Positions 1-7,151 of a stretch of 15,029 nucleotides of DNA are shown here, piece by piece. Positions within the stretch are counted from its first letter, which is position 1; each line of letters starts with the position of its first letter. This DNA comes from a bacterium (GTDB lineage: Bacteria > Zhuqueibacterota > Zhuqueibacteria > Oceanimicrobiales > Oceanimicrobiaceae). Made by a program: the position numbers and the translations under genes. The notes under the pieces were generated by a model. The model had not been told where the DNA came from, searched no databases, and was given only the letters and a program-made list of their open reading frames with translations. Where the stretch lies: assembly GCA_046757525.1 (NCBI GenBank), contig JBHHYI010000099.1:1-15029 (forward strand), given 5' to 3'.

Positions 1-69
1 CTTCGGCGTGCTTCAGTGTTTAATTTCAAAAAAACAGTTGAACACCGAAGGGCACTGAAAGCACCGAAG
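1..69. repeat. Short ~10-bp CAC(C/T)GAAG repeats in inverted arrangement (probably truncated by window edge)
   Basis: AACACCGAAG, GGCACTGAAA, GCACCGAAG (41-69) face CTTCGGCGTG and CTTCAGTGTT (1-20). Positions 11-23 and 38-50 are complementary at 11/13. Confidence 0.6.
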
Positions 70-72
70 GTA

Positions 73-105
73 AGACACCGACTTTTTTTGAAAAAGTCGG
101 TGTCT
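73..105. repeat. Perfect 15-bp inverted repeat (REP-like palindrome / possible terminator)
   Basis: AGACACCGACTTTTT (73-87), loop TTG, AAAAAGTCGGTGTCT (91-105). Confidence 0.85.
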
Positions 106-116
106 GGCGTGTGTGT

Positions 117-146
117 AATTTAAAGCAGGCAGGGGCAGAAGGTCAA
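117..146 (-). promoter_or_regulatory. Possible sigma70 promoter firing leftwards out of the window
   Basis: Minus strand TTGACC (146-141), 18 nt, TAAATT (122-117). Confidence 0.35.
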
Positions 147-183
147 GGATTTTCTTCGAGAATTGGGAATATCTTCAAAAAAT

Positions 184-238
184 CCGTAGCGCAAACATCC
201 CCGCCTGAGCAGGAGCCGCGCAGACGTTTGCGCTACGG
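184..238. repeat. Inverted pair of GTAG-type REP-like sequences
   Basis: CCGTAGCGCAAAC (184-196) and its exact reverse complement GTTTGCGCTACGG (226-238). The right copy reads GTAGCGCA-AACGTC-TGCGC on the minus strand, i.e. GTAG running into a short palindrome. Confidence 0.7.
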
Positions 239-242
239 GTGT

Positions 243-295
243 AACCTTGCGTCGGTCAGGCGCCCGACTGAAAGGTTGGGAACCTTCGAGAGGTT
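243..295. repeat. Alternating AACCT/AGGTT palindromic element
   Basis: AACCTT (243-248), AAGGTT (272-277), AACCTT (281-286), AGGTT (291-295), with an inner GTCGG/CCGAC pair (251-255/264-268). Confidence 0.5.
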
Positions 296-343
296 TTGCC
301 TTGTGCCTACTTTGACCCACGGAGCCGAGCGTTTCCGATGCTT

Positions 344-1438
344 CTATGCCCTCACAAACATTTTGCCCGAGAGTTGCTTGACTATATTTTTTAGTTCTAA
401 GGACAGCAAGATGGCTAAGACTTCGGAGGTTGGTCTCCCCAACGACTGCGCAATGGCATCGATGTGTTGCGGTTCATTGGAAAGCTGTTCTAAGACAGTT
501 CTTTCGTTTGTGTCTAAACCAGACAGATCCAGGCGCTGTTTCTTGTCATGAGGAAACCCAAAACTCAATTGGGGTCCCAGCTCCTCCAGGACATCCTCCA
601 CGCAGGTCACCACTTTGGCGCCCTGCTTGATGAGTGCGTTGGTGCCAAAACTCTTGGGGTTGTCGATGTTGCCAGGAACCGCAAACACCTCGCGGTTCTG
701 ATCCAGCGCCATCGAGGCGGTAATCAAGGCGCCGCTTCTTTCGCCGGCTTCAATGACCAGGGTGCCCAAACTCAAACCGCAGATGATGCGATTTCTGCGC
801 GGGAAGTTGTTCCGCTCCGGCTCCGAACCTAACGGAAATTCGGAGATCAAGGCGCCCTGACGGACGATCTGTTCAGACAACTTTCTGTTGGTGCCGGGGT
901 AAATGACGTCTACCCCTGACCCCAAAACAGCCAGCGTTCGGGCGTTAGCTTGCAGAGCACAGTGGTGTGCGAGGGTGTCGACTCCGTAGGCCAGGCCGCT
1001 GACGATGGTGACACCCCGGCTGGCCAGCTCCGTTGCAAATCTCTCGGTCACCAACTTGCCGTAGTGGCTGGGCTGCCGTGTCCCCACGATGGCGATGGAA
1101 TAGTTGTCGGCGGGTGTCAACCTCCCTCTGACAAACAACAGGGCCGGCGGATCATAGATCTGTTTCAGAGGTTCCGGGTAATCCCGATCCCAAAAGGTCA
1201 GGAGCCTGGCGCCGCAGCGATTCATTCTTTGAATTTGCTGCCTGGCGTAATCCCTGGCGGTAGATTGCCTAATACTTTCAGCCGTCTTCTTGTCGATGCC
1301 ATCGACTTGACACAACTCGCCGATGGAAGCCTGGAATATTTGCACCGCAGACCTGAATTTGCCAATCAGGGCGCGAATCCGGCTGGAGCCGATTCCCGGC
1401 ACCGCATTGAGCCTGATGATCGCCTCTTGTTCAAGCAC
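344..1438 (-). CDS. dprA: DNA-processing protein DprA (Smf)
   Basis: 364-aa ORF with an N-terminal HhH-like segment (LNAVPGIGSSR), DprA Rossmann motifs (YPEPLKQIYDPPALLFVRG, IAIVGTR, IVSGLAYGVD, NFPRRNRII, VIEAGERSGALITA, REVFAVPG, GTNALIKQGA) and a C-terminal winged helix (LLSLELKNIVKQLSGKMF). GTG start preceded by an AAGGGT SD-like sequence. Confidence 0.97.
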   Translation of the reverse strand: MLEQEAIIRLNAVPGIGSSRIRALIGKFRSAVQIFQASIGELCQVDGIDKKTAESIRQSTARDYARQQIQRMNRCGARLLTFWDRDYPEPLKQIYDPPALLFVRGRLTPADNYSIAIVGTRQPSHYGKLVTERFATELASRGVTIVSGLAYGVDTLAHHCALQANARTLAVLGSGVDVIYPGTNRKLSEQIVRQGALISEFPLGSEPERNNFPRRNRIICGLSLGTLVIEAGERSGALITASMALDQNREVFAVPGNIDNPKSFGTNALIKQGAKVVTCVEDVLEELGPQLSFGFPHDKKQRLDLSGLDTNERTVLEQLSNEPQHIDAIAQSLGRPTSEVLAILLSLELKNIVKQLSGKMFVRA

Positions 1439-1451
1439 AGTGGTGCACCCT

Positions 1452-2498
<1,047 letters not shown>

Positions 2499-2528
2499 CT
2501 AATCGCAGGGAACGAAAGTTGTTGCTGC

Positions 2529-3224
2529 TCAGCCCATGGTCTTTAGTTTAAAATACGCGGAGCGCTTCTTTTTTGAATCGAGATTCAGTCTTTTCAGATG
2601 CCTTCTTACTTCAAACCAGCCGAGTTTAATATTGCCGAATCTGGGTGTGTTCAACGCCTTCATAATTTGAATGGAACCGTATTCCGGGGTTTCGAACACG
2701 ATCTGCCGAATCTTGTCCTCGATGGTGTCAAAAGTCGACTTTGGGGGCCTGGTTGCACCAGGATCGGTTTGCAGTACTTTGGTTTCAGTTTTAGAAACGA
2801 CCTGCACGTCTTCTTGTTTCTGATTGTCGTTGCCAACGGCGGGCGGCACCGACAGTTGAGCGCCCGTCCCTCGCGCAAAGTCCTGCACCGCTTCGTCCAA
2901 AGAACTGAACGCTTTTAAAATGTAATGAAATTCCAACAATTCGAATACTTCATAGACGTCAGGTATCATCTTGACTAATTTAAGATCGCCACCCTTCTCA
3001 CGGATTCCTTTGATCTCGCTGATAAAAATGCCCCAGCCCGCACTACTGATGTAGTCGACGTTGCCCAAATCGATGATGACGTTGTAGCAATCGGATTTGA
3101 TCACGGAACTCAGGGAATGCTCCAATTCCGCCGAAGTGGTGGTATCGATGTAACCACCAACTTTGACCACCGCAATATCCTGGTTTGCTCCGACTTTTTC
3201 AACTGATACCTGTATACCTTCCAT
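2529..3224 (-). CDS. STAS-domain anti-sigma-factor antagonist (RsbV/SpoIIAA-like) with C-terminal HTH-like module
   Basis: First ~115 aa fit STAS: VVKVGGYIDTTTSAELE, IIDLGNVDYISSAGWG (phospho-acceptor Ser motif), GGDLKLV, VYEVFELLEF, FSSLDEAV. A Pro/Thr/Gln linker follows, then a basic helical module (2553-2714). SD AGGAG lies 6 nt before the ATG. Confidence 0.9.
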   Translation of the reverse strand: MEGIQVSVEKVGANQDIAVVKVGGYIDTTTSAELEHSLSSVIKSDCYNVIIDLGNVDYISSAGWGIFISEIKGIREKGGDLKLVKMIPDVYEVFELLEFHYILKAFSSLDEAVQDFARGTGAQLSVPPAVGNDNQKQEDVQVVSKTETKVLQTDPGATRPPKSTFDTIEDKIRQIVFETPEYGSIQIMKALNTPRFGNIKLGWFEVRRHLKRLNLDSKKKRSAYFKLKTMG

Positions 3225-3230
3225 GGAAAA

Positions 3231-3235
3231 CTCCT
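3231..3235 (-). promoter_or_regulatory. Shine-Dalgarno site of the STAS gene
   Basis: AGGAG on the minus strand, 6 nt upstream of the ATG at 3224. Confidence 0.8.
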
Positions 3236-3242
3236 GATAAGG

Positions 3243-3268
3243 TTTTATGGTTTCCCGATATCATAAAA
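3243..3268. promoter_or_regulatory. Inverted repeat (candidate operator or 5'-UTR hairpin)
   Basis: TTTTATG (3243-3249), N12, CATAAAA (3262-3268), immediately downstream of the -10 box and over the expected transcription start. Confidence 0.4.
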
Positions 3269-3271
3269 ATT

Positions 3272-3300
3272 AATATAATGGAAAATGGGTTAAAAGTCAA
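3272..3300 (-). promoter_or_regulatory. Putative sigma70 promoter for the STAS gene (and possibly obgE-dprA)
   Basis: Minus strand TTGACT (3300-3295), 17 nt, TATATT (3277-3272) in an AT-rich 112-bp intergenic gap. Confidence 0.75.
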
Positions 3301-3336
3301 TAAAAACTACGCATAATTTGTTGCGACCACGGCCAC

Positions 3337-6300
3337 TCAAATCATCTGCATGGCTTTTTCAATCTTTCTTTCAATGTCTTTTCTTTCGGGGTTCAACTCC
3401 AAAACTTTTTTCCATTCGTCGATAGCCTTCTTATAGTTTCCGCGATTGGCGTAGATCACACCCATATTCTCGTAAGCCGTCACATCCTCGGGATCCATCT
3501 GTTTTACTTTTTCGTACGACATGGCAGCCTGGGTATACATCTTGTTGCGAAAATAAGCATTGCCTAAAATGCTGTGCGCTTCTTTGAAATCGGGATATCG
3601 TTCTATGACCTTTTTGAATTCTTTGATTGCATGGTCATAGTTCTTGTTTTTGTAATACTTGATTCCGGCAATCAGAATCTTTTCTCTTGCCTCAATTTGC
3701 TGGAGCTCCTTGGTCGAATGTGCAAGTTCAGAGCCCGTCGCTGTACTCGGGGGGACGGTTGTGCGCATTTTGTCCTCCTGCTCGACTTCTTGTTGTTGAT
3801 TCTCAACCTGTTCCGGCGGCGAAGCCTCGGAGTCTGCTGGCTCGTCTTCCTCCGTCAAATACACGACTTCATCTTCGACCGATTGAATGAGATCGGAGAA
3901 GGAATCGGAGTCCAGGCTACTGTCAATTGCGGTACTGTCTTTGTTTTCCGGTCCACTTAATTCGTTGTTGACTATCTGACCATCTTTGGGATTTTCGTCC
4001 TCGTTTTCGGCGAGGAGCAACTCGTCCACAGATATGGTCAGGCTGTCTTCGATGTCCTCTAACCCGGGGACCTCGGTTTTAGCATCATCCTTGTCATCGA
4101 ACAAGAAGTCCAAATCGAATTCTTGTTCCTGCTGTTCAGGGGCATCATTCTGGGAAGCTTCAAGATTCTCAGGGACCTGGTCATCGTCACTGAACAAATC
4201 ACTGCTCAGATCGGACTCTTGCTGCTCTTCCAAGAGAGGTTCGGTTTCTGAGAGGCCGCCAAATGAAAAATCTTCAAATATCTGCGCGTCCGTTTGGTCC
4301 GCAGCAGCTTCATCGTTTTCCTCTGAGAAAGTGGCCTCGGAGATGATTCCATCAATAAAATCGGTTTCCTGGGCAATTCCTTTAGTGCCGTCGGCAATTT
4401 CTTCATCGCTTTGTTGCGTATCTTGCTGCTGTCCAGCGGATTCCAAGGGATTTTCCGGGGCATCTTCTTTATACAATAACTCTTCAATCGAGGAGCCGAT
4501 AAGAGAGTCAGCTTCAGAATCCGAATCCAGGACTTTGTTTGGAATGGGTGCGGCCTTGCTTTCCGGGGTCGTCTCTGGCGGCTCGGGGGTCTTCTCTACT
4601 TCGGTTTCTGGTGGGGCTAAGTCCTTTTGGTCCTCGACTGGTGCAGCTTGCTCTGTTTCCTTGACGATGCGCCCTTGTGGTTTGTCAGCCGGTGCGGGCT
4701 TTGGTATTTCTTCTTTCCGATCGAAAACGATTTTCCCGTCCAGAGTAAGCAAAGGCGTACCAGGCGGTTTCAAGCGTCTGCGGTCCTGCTTGCCCTTGGC
4801 CACATAGGCCTCTCGAAGCTGGCGGGTGTTCAGGCGGCTGCGCACCAACTCGTCGTAAATTTTGCTCTCACTGATTTGGGTAAAATCATATTTTTCAGTG
4901 TTCAGCTCGTCGCTGACGCGGCCGGCCCCATATTCAGGATGGTGGGCTATGATATCCAATATTTTGGTCTTCTCTTCAATGCTTAAATGCTTGGCCTCTA
5001 CCGAGACCTCTTCATCGATTTCGAAGGCATCGATCCCCTCCTCTTCAAAAATCTTCTTATATTTGTTGTAATAGGCATAGGTGGTTAATCTCGCGGTCTC
5101 GCAGGCTTCCCGGATACTCTTACCGTCGCTGATCAACTGGTGCGCTTCTTTTGCTCGTCTGAGCTCATCTTTTTCGCGGGAGGACTCTTCCTTGATGGCG
5201 ACCAGAGTGATGTCATCATATTGCGGGCATCCTTCGGTGAAAGAATGGATGCTCTCCTTGAGCTTTTCCACAAAAGGCACTGCTGGCAAATGGCCGTAGT
5301 TGCGCATCACATGCAGCAGCCGTTCTTCGCCAAACAGCTCCCTGTTGCTGTTCATCGCCTCGGTGATCCCGTCGGTGTAAACCATCAGGATGTCATCTTC
5401 AGCCAACTGAATGGTATCGGATTGAATATAATTTCGGAACAGGTGCTTTTCTGGCAATTGTATGCCGATGGGGAAGCCTTTGGGATTCAGGTAGTAGGTC
5501 TTTTTGGTGCTGCCCCGGTATAGAATCATGGGGTTGTGGCCGGCGCTGGCGTAATTCAAACGGCGCTTTTTCGAATCGATGATCAGGTAGAATATGGTGA
5601 CGAACATACCTTTTTTCATGTCACCGCTCACAAATTCGTTCACCCGCGCCAGCACTTCCGCGGCGTCTTTGAGGCCGCGGGCTTCGGTTCGCAAAGCGGT
5701 TCGGATCATGGTCATGACCAGAGAACCGGGGACCCCTTTTCCGGACACGTCGGCCACGGCGATGCCCAACGTGTCCTTATCGACCTCAACAAAATCATAA
5801 TAATCGCCGCCTACTTCTTTGGCGGCTTCATAATAAGAAGCCAATTCGTAGCCCTGTACTTTGGGGAATTCCATGGGCAGCAGGGTTTGCTGGATTTCCT
5901 GGGCCACCTGCATTTCTTTTTGCAGCCGCTCCTGGTCGGCCAGGTTTTTTTGCGACTCGCGGAACTTGTGAGTAATGTCGCTAAAAGCCTGGGCAATCTC
6001 TCCGATTTCAGTGGTTGCGTCGATGTCCATTTCGTCTTCGATTTCACCATGCCCCAACGCTTTGACCCAAACGGAAAGCTTGCGAAAAGGAATCATGACG
6101 ATATAGATCAACAACGCCACCCCAACGTAGCTCACGCCCAGGATTGACAGCCACAGCTTCAGGTCGTTGATGTGAACCGCTTTTATCTGGGCATCGGCGG
6201 GTTCTCTTGATATGACAACATGCGCTTTCCCAAAGAATTTTCCAGAGGTTCGCTTGACGATGGGTATTTCAAATTCATAGATAGGGGTTCCATCCTTGTC

Positions 6301-7140
6301 CACATATTGGTACAGACCGTCCTCAATCACGACATAATCAGCCGGACGATGGTAAGGTAGCAACAAATCTTCCTCGATGTCGGGGCTGTAAATGATAGCA
6401 CCGCTGCTGTCTTCGATGGTTATGCTCTTGATCTGCTCCCGGTACTCCTCCACATAAATGCCGTCCACTTTTTCTGACAGGCTGAACATGTCATCCTTGT
6501 CCGTGGTAGCTGCACTGATGAGGTTTACAATCTGATTGGCCGTCGCTCTTCCCGAAGTAATAAAATCGGCAATCACTTTGGTGCCGGCCTTCAGGTAATA
6601 ATAGATGTAGCTGGCAGCGATCATCACCGTGATTATGGAAATGGTGCGAAAGAAATACTTGGCTTTGAGCGAAAGGGGAATGGAGGTGACAGACTCTAAC
6701 CAGCTCTTCTTTGTCAGCGGCTCACGGTATTTGGTGACTCTAAGCTCGTTGCCCTCTTCGGTCTTGCGATAATCGATTTCGTCCATCAGTTTGCGCATGA
6801 TGAAGATGCCCAAACCGCCCTTTTTGCCGATAGCGACATAGCGCTTTAGGTCCGGATCCTTAACCCGTTTTGGGTCGAAAAAGGTACCCTGATCGATTAA
6901 GGCGATGGTGAGGCTTTTCTTTTTGACGATGGCGCGAATGGTGATCAGGCCTTCCTTCTCGCGATAGGCGTGGCGGATGATATTGGTGGCCGCTTCGTCG
7001 ATAGCCAACTTAAAGGCATTGATGAGCTTGTCGCTAAAGTCATGCTTCTTGCCTATCTGGGTGACGAAGTCGCGCAAATCACCCAGATAGTCGATATGCG
7101 CAGGAACTTTAAGCTGTTCTCTTTCCGGAGCCTTAAACAC
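3337..7140 (-). CDS. Membrane-bound bifunctional partner-switching regulator: RsbW-like HATPase kinase + 2TM sensor + HAMP + SpoIIE/PP2C phosphatase + HTH modules + acidic linker + TPR
   Basis: HATPase boxes LAIDEAATNIIRHAY, DQGTFFDP, GGLGIFIMRKLMDE (~6725-7140). Hydrophobic helices at ~6595-6650 and ~6095-6160. HAMP-like EIGEIAQAFSDI. PP2C motifs VGGDYYDF, VADVSGKG, YASAGHNP, YTDGITEA, DDITL (~5190-5930). TPRs AIKEFKKVIERYPDFKEAHSILGNAY and AYENMGVIYANRGNYKKAIDEWKKVLELNP (~3340-3680). GTG start with AAGGGT SD. Confidence 0.9.
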   Translation of the reverse strand: MFKAPEREQLKVPAHIDYLGDLRDFVTQIGKKHDFSDKLINAFKLAIDEAATNIIRHAYREKEGLITIRAIVKKKSLTIALIDQGTFFDPKRVKDPDLKRYVAIGKKGGLGIFIMRKLMDEIDYRKTEEGNELRVTKYREPLTKKSWLESVTSIPLSLKAKYFFRTISIITVMIAASYIYYYLKAGTKVIADFITSGRATANQIVNLISAATTDKDDMFSLSEKVDGIYVEEYREQIKSITIEDSSGAIIYSPDIEEDLLLPYHRPADYVVIEDGLYQYVDKDGTPIYEFEIPIVKRTSGKFFGKAHVVISREPADAQIKAVHINDLKLWLSILGVSYVGVALLIYIVMIPFRKLSVWVKALGHGEIEDEMDIDATTEIGEIAQAFSDITHKFRESQKNLADQERLQKEMQVAQEIQQTLLPMEFPKVQGYELASYYEAAKEVGGDYYDFVEVDKDTLGIAVADVSGKGVPGSLVMTMIRTALRTEARGLKDAAEVLARVNEFVSGDMKKGMFVTIFYLIIDSKKRRLNYASAGHNPMILYRGSTKKTYYLNPKGFPIGIQLPEKHLFRNYIQSDTIQLAEDDILMVYTDGITEAMNSNRELFGEERLLHVMRNYGHLPAVPFVEKLKESIHSFTEGCPQYDDITLVAIKEESSREKDELRRAKEAHQLISDGKSIREACETARLTTYAYYNKYKKIFEEEGIDAFEIDEEVSVEAKHLSIEEKTKILDIIAHHPEYGAGRVSDELNTEKYDFTQISESKIYDELVRSRLNTRQLREAYVAKGKQDRRRLKPPGTPLLTLDGKIVFDRKEEIPKPAPADKPQGRIVKETEQAAPVEDQKDLAPPETEVEKTPEPPETTPESKAAPIPNKVLDSDSEADSLIGSSIEELLYKEDAPENPLESAGQQQDTQQSDEEIADGTKGIAQETDFIDGIISEATFSEENDEAAADQTDAQIFEDFSFGGLSETEPLLEEQQESDLSSDLFSDDDQVPENLEASQNDAPEQQEQEFDLDFLFDDKDDAKTEVPGLEDIEDSLTISVDELLLAENEDENPKDGQIVNNELSGPENKDSTAIDSSLDSDSFSDLIQSVEDEVVYLTEEDEPADSEASPPEQVENQQQEVEQEDKMRTTVPPSTATGSELAHSTKELQQIEAREKILIAGIKYYKNKNYDHAIKEFKKVIERYPDFKEAHSILGNAYFRNKMYTQAAMSYEKVKQMDPEDVTAYENMGVIYANRGNYKKAIDEWKKVLELNPERKDIERKIEKAMQMI

Positions 7141-7151
7141 GTTTTAACCCT

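Noticed and set aside
73..105. Classical intrinsic terminator for dprA
   Set aside because: The hairpin is strong, but the T/A runs are inside the stem near the loop rather than forming a 3' U-tract, and it lies ~240 bp from the stop. Recorded as a repeat instead.
1..300. CRISPR array or tRNA
   Set aside because: No constant repeat with regular unique spacers, no cas genes and no cloverleaf/T-loop signature.
111..551. 146-aa plus-strand ORF and 66-aa minus-strand ORF (120-320)
   Set aside because: Both run through palindromic repeats and the longer one overlaps dprA antisense. No convincing RBS or protein motif.
3986..4807. 273-aa Ser-rich plus-strand ORF
   Set aside because: Mirror of the Glu/Asp codons of the acidic linker (GAA/GAT read as TCx on the opposite strand).
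4804..5136. Active IS element inserted in the 1267-aa gene
   Set aside because: Only HTH-like segments are present. There is no DDE core, terminal inverted repeat, target duplication or frame break.
6725..7140. Two-component histidine kinase
   Set aside because: No HisKA/H-box dimerisation domain. The HATPase motifs and the adjacent STAS gene fit an RsbW/SpoIIAB-type Ser kinase.
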